DNA of 64,000 bases from Cycas panzhihuaensis (taxonomy: Eukaryota > Plantae > Cycadophyta): assembly GCA_023213395.1 (NCBI GenBank), contig CM041465.1, forward strand, positions 158,417,741 to 158,481,740. The letters run 5' to 3'. The notes beneath the pieces were generated by a model, which was not told where the DNA came from, did no database searches, and saw nothing but the letters and a program-made list of their open reading frames with translations. This document shows, one piece after another, positions 12,629 through 25,859 of the stretch. How positions within the stretch are numbered: the first letter of the stretch is position 1; every line of letters starts with the position of its first letter. Position numbers and translations under genes: made by a program.

Positions 12629-15600
12629 TGGTATCAGATATTATAAGCAAGATATCATAGGTTTACTGTCAAAAAAAAAAATTACATAACAGGTTCTGCT
12701 ATCAAACCTCCTCATGCATTTTTTTCAAAATTTTTTCCGTTGACCTGCAAAAATGAGGTGCAACCTATTTTTTAGGGTTTATAAACATATGGACATGAAA
12801 CTCTCTTAAATTCGAGTCTATTCTTTTTGCAAATGCAAAAAAGAATGTAATATGCGTAAATGTGATTTTAGATATGTTTTATATTTAATTTTCTTTTTTT
12901 TTAAGTTTTAAATTAATTAAGCTAAATTGAAATTTAAGTTCAGGTTCACCAACTCCCCCACCTGCTAAACCCCCCAGCCATGACAACCTTCTATATGACC
13001 TTTGTCTAACCTTGGAAAATGGTTTAACTTTTATTTCAATTTTTTTTTTTTTTTTTAATAAAAACTGAGGTACATATGCTTTTTTGGCAATAACTTTATT
13101 ATACATAGTGTAAATTCAATTCCAAAAGATACGTTAAATTTCTGATTTAGTCACGAATATTTTGACTGGTCACTCGAGCTAATTGGACACCATTTCGACC
13201 TGTAAAATTTTGTTCAAAGTCAAGCCTCTCGTTATGATTAAATAAGTTAAGTATATGATTTTATTTACAAATTTTCTTAATAATATTTCAAATTTATTAC
13301 TTTAATTTAATAAACATCAAATTATTTGTCAAATATATTATATATCATTTTTTACATAATTTTCAATCATTTTATGCAATTTATTAATACTCAATTAATT
13401 AAAATCATTATTTTTTCAACTATGATATAAATATGCAATTATTCAAATGTTTGATTAAATTTCTCCAATGTTTAATTAAAACTTGTAATTTTTTATTAAT
13501 AGCAATCAATATTTAATGTTCATAGATTTATGTTTGTGTATTATTTACAAATTTAAATAATACACTTACTTTTATTTACTTGCAAATAAATCAATGATTA
13601 ATTTCATTTAATTGAATTCAAAAGTTGTGATTACTTCCTTTTTTGTTTAATCTCATTGTTTTCTTATCATTTCCTTCTCTTTTTCCTTCAAGAGGATCTC
13701 AAGTTATAGGTCTCTTATCCATACTAGCACTCATTCTAGAGACAACCTCTTGTCCTTCAATTCTAGTCCTAGCCAGCTTAAACTATGCCAACTGAAAACT
13801 TAAAATATCACAAGTTTTTAAATAACAAAAGATCTAGCGATATGTAACAGGAGAGTTCGTGAAACCTGATGACACAAAATCATAAGCCTATATGGTCTAT
13901 CTTATGAACTATGATGGAGTGCTAAGCACCATCCTAAGCTCTCTCTCACTAGACATCAGCAAGCAGTTCTCTGAAATAGATGATTTCACCTACGTCTAAC
14001 AAACCCTCAAAGAAAAATACGATAAGGTTGCCAAACGTCAAATATCTCTCTTAGAACAACAGATGTATGACCTAAACTTTGATAATTTTTTTAAAGTTGA
14101 GGATTTCATGGCAAAAATCTAACTTATCAACAAGGATTTAGGTAACAGCATAAAGTGTTTAACCAAAGTAGGTGATGAAATTGAAATTACCACCTATGCC
14201 AAAGACAACGAAATACTCGTTCGCCTTGCCATTAACAAATTACCTAAACATTTCAACCTTTTTAAAACTGTTAAACAACAGACTGGTTTTCTAGAAATCA
14301 CCTTTAATCAGCTAACAAATCAACTGATTAATTATCAAACTATGTTAATTCAAATTAGAAAACTACAAAATCCTTTATAGGCTCTATTTTTCAAGTCAAA
14401 ACCTACAAACAAGTTTAAACAAAACAACTTTCAAAGTAATCATGACAATAAACCTAAATTTCAAAAACCTCATAAAGGTTCTTCTACTTCTTCCTCTTTT
14501 ACAAACAATTTCAATCAAAACACCAAGTATTCTGGATCATTGAAAAACTAGAATACGACTAAATTATCATTCCAAAAATGGAATACTATTACTTCTAACT
14601 CTAATTAGATCGTCAGTTGTGCCTAGTGCTACAAAAAGAGGCACACCATCAACGTCTTAGAAAGCTTCCAAGGGGATTCAATCTGGATTCCACGACTCTA
14701 ATCACTCTTTAACCATCATAACTTCAACTTTTTTAGCTTCATCTACTCAGCCACCTTTGTGGATTCTTAATTCTGGTGCTTCCCATCACATGACGGGACA
14801 CCAACAATACTTGACCACTTACTAGTCTGATCATAACTCTGAAAAGGAAATCTCTTTCGGGAGTGGATCTCAACAGAAGGTCAAAGGAACAAGTGATGTT
14901 TCTTTAAAAGATAATTCAATCAATGACGCATTTTATGTTCCTAGTTTCTTACTAAATCTCTTTTCAGTCTACCAAATCTGCCAGAAAGACCCCATTGTGA
15001 AATTCTAGAAAGATAAATTTATCATCAAACAACTATTAAATAAATTCAAACCAACTGATTTAAGACCTACCAATCACAAAACAGGTTTTTATAACTTAAC
15101 AAACTTTCAACATTTTAAAACCAAAACCTTCAATGCGTTTATAATAAAATCTAACCATGTTAGTAAACTATGGCATGCTCGTTTTGGCCATACAAGATGT
15201 GGCAAACTTCAGTAACTAAATAAGCATGATATGGTTCATGGCTTACCCCTTTAACCATTGTCTATGGTGTTTATGAAACCTATGTAACAGGCAAACAACA
15301 CATGGATGCTTTTCCGCATCACACCTCTTTTCGAGTAAAAGTCCACCTCGAACTTATTCACTCTGATATATGTGGCCCATTCCAAGTACCTTTGTACTCA
15401 GAAAGCAAATATTTTGTCACCTTCATCGAGGATTTCTCCAAGAAATGCTGAGTGTACATGTTTAAAACAATGAATCAAATATTTGACATCTTTGTAGAGT
15501 TCAAAATTTTAGTTGAAAATCAAACTAATTCCAAATTTGACTGGCAGATTCATCAAATGAATGTGAAAATTGTCTTTTTAAATTGCAATCTTAAAGAAAA

Positions 15601-16840
15601 AATTTATATGAAACAACCTCCTGATTTTGTCAACAACCATAATCTTGTCTGTAAGTTAAGAAAATCTTTATATGGCCTGAAACAAGCTCCTTGAGTTTGA
15701 TATACCAAAATTGATGACTATCTTTTACAGAATTGGTACCCTAAGTGTATTAGTGATCATAATCTCTATTTTTAAAGACAAGATGATAATATTACAATTC
15801 TAATTCTTTATGTAGATGATATAATCATAACTATATCTTCAATCTCCAATTAAAATCTATTCTAATGAATTGATTTGAAATAACTAACTTAGCTCTATTA
15901 CACTATTTTTTAAGTCTACAAATTTGTCAATCTAAATCAAAAATCACTCTCTCTCAACCCAAATATATTGTTGGGCTAATAAAAATGTTTAATATGGATA
16001 ATGCCAAACCAGCTCCTACACCTCTACAATCAAGTGTAAAATTAACAATTGATTATTCATCACTACCTTGTGAACCTAGCTTATATCGTCAATTGACTGG
16101 TAGTCTGATTTACTTAAACCCATACCCGCTCAGATAACTCCTATGTTGTTGTCTTGTGTTCCAGATACATGCAAAAATCTCATGAATCTCATTAAAAAGT
16201 AACAAAATAAATTCTAAGATATCTTTAAGATACAATTTATCATGGTCTTAACATATAACTTCTATAATACTAACCTAAAATTAACATGATACACAGATTA
16301 TAATTGGACATGAGATTTTGATGATAAAAAATCTATTATTTATTACATCTTCTTCCTTAATTCATCACTAATTGCATAGTCCAGCAAGAAAATGCAAGCA
16401 TTGGCTTTATCTACAACGAAAGCTAAATATCGAATATTGGTTAAAGCGAGTAAAGAAGCACTTTGGATTAAATCTTTATTAAGTAAACTTAGTTTGTTTC
16501 TTAACTCTTCCATTAAAATTAATGTTGATAATCAATGTGTGATATCTTTTACTACTAATCCTGTTACACATGATACGACAAAATATAAAAAATTACATCA
16601 ATATTTTATACGTAATCTTGTAAATGATAATACTATTAATTTATTTTATTATCCTACAGATTTGTAGATTGCAAATATTCTTATAAAACCAATGACAAAA
16701 ACAAAGTTTGTTAAACTTTGAAAATTGTTAATAATTGATAAAGTCTTCATCAAATAGAGATCATCGTGTTAAAATCTTCTTCTTCATTTTCTTTCTATTT
16801 CTATCTCATCTATTGTACAAAAAACAACATTAAATGGAGA

Positions 16841-17298
16841 TGTTAAAATAATGTTATCTTTTTATGTATTAGTGTTATCTTCTAATAAAGTTATGTTTAT
16901 AATGTTACTTTATATTAATTAATTGTATAGTTCGTTGAAATAGACAACCACCCATTTCAACAAATCTTCATCTTCTTTAAGTATCTCCTCCTAGGTTCTA
17001 AGAGTTTGGTCAGGTTGGTTAAAGATTGGCTAATGAAATGGAGATTGTACATAGGATAGGTTGGCATCAATAAAGAGTGAAGATGAGATCCTCACCATTA
17101 TTATCTCTGTAACTGTAAAGTATATTTAAAATTTAATATATATTATTATATTTTAGGAGGTGGTTTTTTTATCCCCACTAGGGGGTTTTTCCACCTGTCA
17201 AATATGGCATACTTGTATTGATTTATTTTGCAAATCTATGAATTTGATTTAATTGAGATGATGATACCTGTAAATATATAATTTAACCATCTCTAACA
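16841..17298 (+). repeat. Copia B 3' LTR
   Basis: Direct repeat of 12182-12628, followed by TSD ATTAT. Confidence 0.92.
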
Positions 17299-17769
17299 AT
17301 TATAATAAGATATATTTATAATAATATACTTGCACATAGTATAAAGCAATATGTTTAATGTTATAGTAGTGTATATACGTATGTGTGTATTTTATATAAT
17401 TATTACTAAAAGTAATTATTATTTTAAGAAGAGAGTATTCCAGAGGGTATTCCCTTCAACAAGAGAGTATTCTTTTTTAAGACATTCTTTAATACGAGAA
17501 TATTCTCTATTTCCCAATATCACAACCTTAGGTTTGAAAACCCAATATTTTTTCGTTCTTGTTTTCACTACGACAAATACTGTGTATATGTCTACATGCA
17601 TTTGCAAATGCAATCGTCTCTCAACCACGATAATGTTTATGAAATTTTGCAACAATAGTATCTACAACATTCTCTTCCTCTAACCGGATTAAGATGAAGC
17701 AACATTTACTTATTTTTATCTATTATTAGTATTATCATTATTATTATTATCATTATTATTAGAGATGTC

Positions 17770-19060
17770 AGGTCTCAAACGTTTATGTTATTGTCTTCGT
17801 ATTAAAGTCTAGCATAAGCTAAACAAAACTTTTATATCTTAGGCTAAGGATATCTAAGAGGTTATGAAATGTTTCAGAATGGAGGATTGCAAGACTTTTG
17901 ACTACCCCTATGGAGACAAGTACTAAACTGACAATTGATAAGGAGGGATAACCAATTAATCCCACATTCTATAAGATAGTTGGTAATCTCATCTACTTGA
18001 CTATAACTAGACATGATACCACCTATGCAATTGAGATTTGTTCTAGATTCACTTTCAACCCAAACAAATTCATTATAATGTTGCAAAGCAAATACTCAAA
18101 TACTTGGAAGGGTCTTTGTAATATGGTTTTCAATATGTATAGAATAAGAACTTCAATTTGAACAGTTTCTCATACTCTGATTGGGTAGGTTGCTAGGATA
18201 GTAGTAGGTTGACTTCAAGGTATTATTTTAGACAAATTGAAGAGTTTTTCGCATTTTGATTGAGCAAGTTGTTAGGATAGTCGTAGATTGACTTTAGGGT
18301 ATTATTTTAGCTTCGGAATAATCAAAGTATCATGGAACAGTAAAAAACAACTCAAAATTGCCCTTTGTCTCACAGATGTGAAGTACAAAGCTGTAATTGA
18401 AATAGTTAGTGAAGCTATCTGGTTTCAAACAATTCTTAGAAAATTAAGACTCAAGTAGACAAAGCCTAGTAGGATACACTATGATGATCAAGGTGTCCCA
18501 AAGTTTACCAGGTATCTAGTCTTGTATGTACGGCCCAACACGTTGAGGTGGTGCACCACTTCATTAGAGATCATGTACAAATTCATGAGATTGACCTCAT
18601 TTATAGGCCAACAATGGAATCACTAATGAATATCTTTACCAAACCACTTGGAAGGGATAAATCAAAAAATTTCAAAAATAACTTAAGAGATAAACCTAAT
18701 GAAGTAGACATTGAGGGGAATGTTAATATTTATTTATTGAATGTTATATTTCACTATGTACTAGACATTGTAACTTTACATTGCTACTTATATTGAAGAC
18801 GATGAACCCATTCCCTCTTTGTGTGCATGTTAGGTATTGGTCATGCATGCAAATAAATTGTATGCATCTTAGACACTTGTCACACATGCAAGAGCACACT
18901 CGGTCTATTTGTTGGTGCAATGTACCCTCATTCTAAATTTTTAGAGGTTTGTGAGTAATAAGATTATCTTCATGGGTAGACTAATTCTGCTCTCTTTATA
19001 TTGTTGTGTTTTTCACATTATGCATGCTTCTCATGTATTTGTGTTCATTGTTTGCTAACA
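17770..19060 (+). mobile_element. Copia A 3' part: RT end, RNase H, PPT and 3' LTR (18721-19060)
   Basis: HHFIRDHVQIHEIDLIYRPT..IFTKPLGRDK (18548-18796); PPT gaggggaa 18713-18720, then TGTTAA...ctaaCA. Confidence 0.82.
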
Positions 19061-20098
19061 AATACCACTAACACATTTGCCACCTTATATGTGGTTGTGC
19101 ATCATATTTTTATGGGTGTTATGGCATGCCAAGTTGGCCCTATTATTCTCTCTCTCGTACACACACACATACACACACAAGTCATGCACATGAATCTCAT
19201 TGGACTAAGAGCCCCAGTATACAATTTGTTGGCCTATATGTTGTGTGAACACAAATTAATTTTGAATCTATTGTGATGCGCCCCAAGTCCAAATGAAACT
19301 AATTACTTATGCTAAGAAATCTCACGTGTTATTGCCCATATCACTAAGCCTTACCATCATGATTATCCCTATAAAATCTTCCTAAATTGTTGACAATACA
19401 TAGGAACACATTATGCAGTGACCAATTTTAATTCATCCACTAATTCAAAATTACTTTAAAGAATGAGTAAATGTTAGTGTGGAAAAAGGAGAGTAACAAC
19501 AATTTAGTAGCTGGTCAAATAAAACAATTTTTGGCTCAACCATTTTTTTCTTCTAGATATTTGAAAAGGTGACAGACACAACAGAATAAAATATACAACA
19601 ATGGGATGGTGCACAAATCCCATATGGTTATATATAAAATCAGGCTTCTTCAAACGTCCTCAAAGGTTCATCAAAATACCTTACATCAACAGCAGCAAAT
19701 TCTAAAAGAATTTGCTGGACTCTGATATAGAAAAACCAAGACAGTTCATGATACAAGAAGCTTGAACAAAGAGTACTGAGACAATAATCACAACCAGATT
19801 GGCATTATGGTACTGATGATGAAATGTGTTTAATGAATATGCATCACTCTAAGTTGTTGCAGAACACTCTAGTTGGTTAATTATTCCTCTTGTAAAATCA
19901 GATGACCGCATATAACCCAGGAAGCAATTAGGACACAATCAACTAAACTTTTTTCTATACCCTTGAGATTTTATTGCCAATGGAAGTCCAAGGATTTCTT
20001 AAAATTGTATCAATATCCATTTGGGTGAACAATAACAAGCCTGCAGGTATGGATGGTTTACCAGCGTTCCACATGAAACTACTTTTAACAAGATAATG

Positions 20099-20886
20099 CT
20101 ATGGAGAAGATGAAGACTCTGGATGTGGAATCACCCTTTTCTGCCTACCTTTTACTCTCCAACAACACTGTTTAACAATGGACTTCCCGTGGTCAGAAAG
20201 GTTGCCACTTGAGATTACTGCAGCATTTTGTTTTGCTCTCTGGACTTCCGAAGTTGGACCCCTATGCTTATTTGATTGCCTTCCAAGAGAAAATTTGCTA
20301 AAATTATCATCATTTTGCTCATCATTAGATTTAAAACCTTCATGTATCTTAAACAGACCTGGATGAATAACAAACTGCTCACCATTTCTCTGAATTGCAT
20401 CCCAATTCTTTATAACATTAGCCACAACCTGGTGATTATGGTGATAAGCCACATCAATTGCACGCATCATATAACCATCACGGATATCCACTGAAGCCCC
20501 TGCAATAAGGAGATTGCACACAAACCAAATGGAGGCTCTCCTTGCAGCAATGTGAAGAGCTGTTTGACCATAACGGTTTTGAGCATCCAATAACTGAATA
20601 TGACTCCGAATATGTGCCTTCCATTCAGTATTTTTTTGAGGATTTCCAGAAGTGAATTGATACTCACCTAAAATTCTGAACATGGTAGCAGTGTAGAACC
20701 CAAGATTGTCAATTCTGTCACTGTCAGGGCAACTTCTTTCATCTTTCAGAGAGCGTATGGCACTTTCACTAAAAGGGTCAGCATCCAAGTGGCAGCTCAG
20801 ATTTATGTTTGCTGCTTTGAGCAGAATCTTTGCAACATCTTGTCGGTCAGCAACTGCAGCTGCCATTAGCGGTGTCCAACCATCGC
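20099..20886 (-). CDS. Ankyrin-repeat protein, last coding exon
   Basis: Acceptor ctctag|GC at 20886. DGWTPLMAAAVADRQDVAKILL and NRYGQTALHIAARRASIWFVCNLLIAGASVDIRD are ankyrin repeats. Open frame to TAG at 20099; phase matches the previous exon (Y-G|-D-G-W). Confidence 0.85.
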
Positions 20887-21026
20887 CTAGAGTGCACATG
20901 CAGTATGGACATTTAGAATTTGCCTCCAACAAATAAGCTCTAAATCAAAAAGAAACTGTTACAATCCAAATATACACATGAAAATCATGAAAAACAATTA
21001 AAAATTTTAAATAGTAGTGAATATAC

Positions 21027-21661
21027 CATAAGCTTTTGCACTTTGCCAATTGATATCATTTTTACAACAGTGGCTCACCAAGACTTCAACAGCTGCACAA
21101 TGACCTCTTAAAGCAGCAATGTATAGAGGGTTCTCTCCAGCCCTGTTACAAGCAAGGACATCTGCCCCAGCTTGTAGTAATAGCTCACAAACATTGGCAT
21201 AACCGCATTCAGCAGCTACAAATAAGGCAGTAGCCCCCCCTGAATCTTTCATTCCCTTTGCCTCAGCACCAATTGCTAACAAGCTCCGAACAGTCTGAGA
21301 GTCTCCAGATGCAGCGGCAACATGGAGAGGGGTCCTCCTCCTCATGTCTGAACAATTTGCAGCAGCATGAAGTGCAAAGACCACATCTTCCCTGCAAACT
21401 TTTGATTTCCTTTTCTCATCCTGACATATTACTGTACGGCTGGCAATGCCATGAGAACTGCAACTCTCTCTAATATTGCCAAATAACTTGGAAGAGCTAG
21501 TGGATGTATCCTTCATGATATTTGCATTTTGCAAATATGCCTGAGACAACTCTGATCTTGTTGACAGTCCACACTTGCAACCACCCAAATATGAAAGAGC
21601 AGAGAAGACAGATGATTTGTGACAAAAATCCCAGACTTCAACACCATTCCTGACTTCTTTC
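21027..21661 (-). CDS. Ankyrin-repeat protein, penultimate coding exon
   Basis: Acceptor gatgtag|G at 21661, donor TATG|gtatat at 21027 (140-bp intron 20887-21026). Ankyrin repeats RRTPLHVAAASGDSQTVRSLL, GGATALFVAAECGYANVCELLLQAGAD, AGENPLYIAALRGHCAAVEVLV; no stops. Confidence 0.85.
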
Positions 21662-22059
21662 CTACATCAACAAGTTTAATTATGCTTCAAATACATCAAA
21701 GCATCTAGAGTGAAACAATAGACCCCCAACGTAGGAAAATGCTTTCCAATATTTCAAATCCACTGAAAAGGGATGACAATATTCATCTAGACCTCAATAG
21801 ACTCAAAACACACCAATCTCACTACACATTTGACGTACCATACAATTTAACAATGCAGTTACCATGCAAGGAGGTTACATCACCTACAGAACTGATTATT
21901 ATCAATGAATCAGGAGCACAAAGATAAATTAAAAATTTGTCTTACAGACATTTCTGAAGTATCAGGACATCATCAGAGATAAGAATTAGAATATTAGCAT
22001 CTATTTAGCAAATGCTAGAAAGCCCTCTTGTGTAGAAAGAAACACAAACCTGTCTTTAA

Positions 22060-23018
22060 TCACTCAAAATCTCTAAACCATGGATCAGAATCTTTCAACT
22101 GATATTGTTTCAGAACAGACCCAGGCATTTTAGCATGATGCATATTAAGACCACAGTGCAATTGTTTAACACTACTGAGAATATGTTCTTTATCTTGCCG
22201 CCTTCTTTTCCTAAAGAAAACACAACTGCTTTGAGTATCATGTGAGCCAATACAACTTGGCATGAAAGAGAAATTGCTCAGCGGCAACACGTAACCATTG
22301 TGAACATCACATTGCAAAGGCAATCCTAAATGGCATGCTGAGAGATATTGGATTGTGGCAAAAGCAGTAAAATGGCATTTTTCCCATAGAAAAAAGCTTA
22401 GCATAGATGTATCATCCTCCATTAATCAATGGTCCCTTCCCCCAAAATGGGATAAGGTAGCTCACAAGATGAATAAATAGACAAATTTAAAAACAAATGA
22501 TGGTGTGCTTACCCACAGCTCTACATTTGATGGGACAAAAGTCCTTGCAAACTCCCTCCAGTATTTGACAGATCCTAATGGAAATTGACTACTACTAGAT
22601 GGCTTAGCTTCCTTCACAAAGATTGCTGCATGCTACCAGACTTTACAAGAGTCTGATTTCTACGAGATGCTTTGGGACCCACTCAAATTTGTGCAGCTTG
22701 GAGTTTCAGTTCCCTTAGCCCACTGAACTCCAATGACAAGCAAATCTTTATCGACCAACTGAGCTGTCACAGATTGAATATTTGGAGGATTAAACATCAT
22801 TCGTCATCCCCCACAAGTGCCTAAAGCACAAGTCGCACCATGCCCTAAGCATTCCAAAGACCAGATCATATGCCCTCTTTCCACCAAATCTAGCAGGATT
22901 TTCTAAATTTCTAGGAGCCCTACTAAATTACCGGACTCATTAAATTGGCAGAGATAGGGGCATATTAACAAATTTGATCCAAAGGTCCAAAACAAAGAAA
23001 CTTCTAGAGTTTCGTGTC
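22060..23018 (-). pseudogene. Putative decayed upstream exon(s) of the ankyrin gene
   Basis: Good acceptor ttttgcag| at 23018. One ~320-codon frame (includes ORF 22060-22422) is broken only by TAG/TGA codons at 22903, 22804, 22660, 22633, 22462 and 22426. Candidate donors near 22513, 22064 and 22050; no domain recognised. Confidence 0.45.
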
Positions 23019-23616
23019 CTGCAAAAACTTCAAATATTTACAGGGGGGTTCTTATCTAGAGTTTCAAGAAGCATTTTTCAAAAACTTAAGATATTCTGGA
23101 AAAACGTTAACCACGTTTTCATCCAATATTTACTCTAATCATGATGACATTATACGATAGCCCCAATTAGCATTTGCCTGTGAAGCAATCAGAGTAATTT
23201 TGTGAAATGATCAAGATGAATGGACTGCTTAACAGAAGCCATGTTCCTGCTCATATTTGTTCTGAATACAGCCAAAAACAAAAAGAGTGGAGAAAAAAGA
23301 AAAACAAAACAATGGTAGGACATTGCATTCTACGGAAAAGGTGTTCTAAAGAACAAATTGCCAATTACATAGATGCATAGAACATTCCGGAAGTTGCCTG
23401 AGATGAGTCTGCATCAAATCACACAAAGTGCAGTGTTGGAAATGGAAATGTTTGTGCCTTATTTTTCGCCATTATTCTTTGAGTTTCAAGAGACAACAAT
23501 AGCCCCAAAAGGCAAATGTTTATCCATGCATCCATCGTATATGTATTAACACAACAAAAATTGAATCTATTCCTCAAATCTGCAAAAGCCAGAGATTCAG
23601 TCCATCTGGTAAATTG

Positions 23617-23912
23617 TGTTAAACAGCAGGTTTAATATCACATATGTCATGTTAAAAACATTGTGTAAACAGAAGAAAGATCATTATTGATCTATCAATA
23701 GATGAGAGTACACATTTATAACATATGTCCACCGTACGTTCAACCAAATACATGACAGGAACGTTAAGATAACCACCAAGCACACCCATTAATGACATAA
23801 TTAAATATTCCCTAATACTTGACACACACCCCTCTAATATTAACAATAGACTATTGAACATTAGACCACTAAACCCTATGGAAAACACTTACATTAAACA
23901 TTATTTCTAGCA
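23617..23912 (-). repeat. Element K 3' LTR
   Basis: Direct repeat of 27469-27766. Confidence 0.92.
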
Positions 23913-23992
23913 TCCCCTTTTAATGGTTAATGTTGACACAACACTATGTACTAAGGACATACTTGAAAATAATCAATAATTCTAAAGACCAA

Positions 23993-25859
23993 CTACTTGC
24001 AGACAAACAACTTGCACACATGTAGTACACAATTTTCAAAAATTCCCCTTTGAATGTGTAATGGAGTCCTTTTAAACTTGCAACGCCTCATCCTTGAAAA
24101 GTCCTTAAGTATGATGTTTTCAACTTGTCTTCTTGACTTGGTTTTTTGATGGAGTCCTCGTTGTTGTAGAACACAATTCTTGAACTTGACCTTCTTTAGC
24201 TTGATATGCAAGATTGAATTCTCCAACATAACAGTTTCTTCCAAAGACACTAAACTTGTCTGATCATTTTTTCTACAAGTTTTTACTTTAGCCTTTATGA
24301 GATCAACGTTCATCAACCAGGAATATGAGCCGAGTAAATACGACTCCAAAAACAGCACTTGATTATGAAGAGAAAGGTAGGGAAAGAGTGATTTTTTCTT
24401 GATGCTTGTTGAAACCTTTCTTCAATTTGCTTTCTTATCCTCAAATCAAACGAGAGTGATGAAGATCTTGTACTATGCATAAAGGGGATCTCTCTTCCCA
24501 CCATGGATGAACTTGCATGTGCTACACCTAGAGAGAACTCAAGAGATCTAACATAAATAAGTTCTCCTGCTTCAACCATTAAATCAATCATGATTGTGGC
24601 TTCCAAACCATTTGTTATCAATGTTGTCCATCTTTCTTGATAAGTTGAAATATTATGAGATGTCAAGTCAGTTTCAGATGCAACTTATGTTGCAGGGCCA
24701 AGCTCTAGTGATTCCACCTTTATATGCAACCTTCAGATATTCCTCAGCCTCCAAGTTTGTTGTAACACATCCCATTGTTTCAAATGCAATCTTATTGTCT
24801 TTGAAGATGTTCTCTACTACTCTTGTAGAGTATGCCAAGACAACATGAATTTCCTTGATAATGAAAATGATGAATTCATTCATGCTAAACAAAAGTACAA
24901 AAAATTATGTGGAAACACATTCAATTGTAAGTCCAAACAACAATTGTAGTCTAACAAGGATCCTTTCAACTATAATAATGACTATGGCATTCAATCTTTC
25001 TATTAAGATAGCCCCATGATTATGTTGTATTTCTGATGGAAAGAAATGTTTGGGGATGAGATAAATTTGTTTCAACACTTCTAGATTCGTTAGGTATCAA
25101 GAACACAATATCTTTTTGTAGGACAATGCACTCCAAAATGTTAGGATAGAATATAAATGAGGGCAATTTGGCATGATCCCTTTTTGTCTCTATTTTTCCA
25201 ATTTCTTCCTCTATTTCAAATTCTAGATGATGATTCAAAACTAAATCACTAGAAATATCTATGCTTTTAATAGAATCATCAAGGACTTCAGTTACTTCAT
25301 CATAATGATCATGAACTTTGATAATCGAAGACATGGATTCATATACCTTTTCTCCTTCCACTTTATCAAAAAATAAAACATTTTCATACGAGTCAACAGT
25401 GATAAAGGATTCCTTTTTACCATTGTCAAAATCTGAAATGGTCAGATTGTTTGCCTTTCTGGCTCTTCTTTTCATCTTCTTTTTTTTATTTTTAGTTAGG
25501 TTGTTGTATGTAACCTGTTCACTGAGAACAACTTTTCTTTCTGCATCTTCTATAGGTTGGTTGTCTTGTCTTGGTCCAAACTTTTCTTTCAAGAAACTCT
25601 ATGCCTTATGTGCCCTGTAAATGACATTGTGAGTAAAATAATAAAAATCAGAAAATATGCCTCTTTTACTGAGCATTTCATTTGATAAGGATGCAATCCA
25701 AGTAAGTGTAGTACTATCCTTTTCATCCAACCCAAGTGTTAGATTTGAACCTGCACAATCTTCTGAGACGATTTCCCACAAGCCAAAAAGAACAAACTTG
25801 TCTTTCATAAACCCATACCATTCTTCATAATTTTCTTCATCAAGTATTAGCCAACCCAT
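23993..25859 (-). pseudogene. Element K ORF: Copia Gag N-terminus (DUF4219/UBN2-like) fused to an unrecognised C-terminal region, disrupted
   Basis: LDEENYEEWYGFMKDKFVLFGLWEIV (Copia gag start), AHKA*SFLKEKF (W to stop; ORFs 25859 and 25592 are in frame), basic KNKKKKMKRRARK, then frameshifted ORFs 24892, 24666 and 24358 running toward the PPT. Confidence 0.7.

Larger units (their letters stand above)
12182..17298 (+). mobile_element. Copia B: LTR-bounded Ty1/Copia element with an internal IN-RT deletion
   Basis: LTRs 12182-12628 and 16841-17298; perfect TSD ATTAT; Met PBS tggtatcaga 12629-12638; gag ~13750-14650; WILNSGASHHMTG ~14760; LELIHSDICGPF ~15350; RT/RNase H 15530-16740. Confidence 0.93.

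Noticed and set aside
12629-12638. tRNA gene
   Set aside because: Only the ~10-12 nt primer-binding site complementary to the initiator tRNA-Met 3' end; the same applies to the other PBSs.
20178-21473. Plus-strand and alternative-frame ORFs overlapping the ankyrin exons
   Set aside because: Shadow ORFs of the real minus-strand coding exons, with no motifs.
22426-22905. U-to-C RNA editing restoring the stop codons, as in fern or hornwort organelles
   Set aside because: The locus is nuclear (spliceosomal introns, LTR nests); methyl-C deamination explains the pattern more simply.
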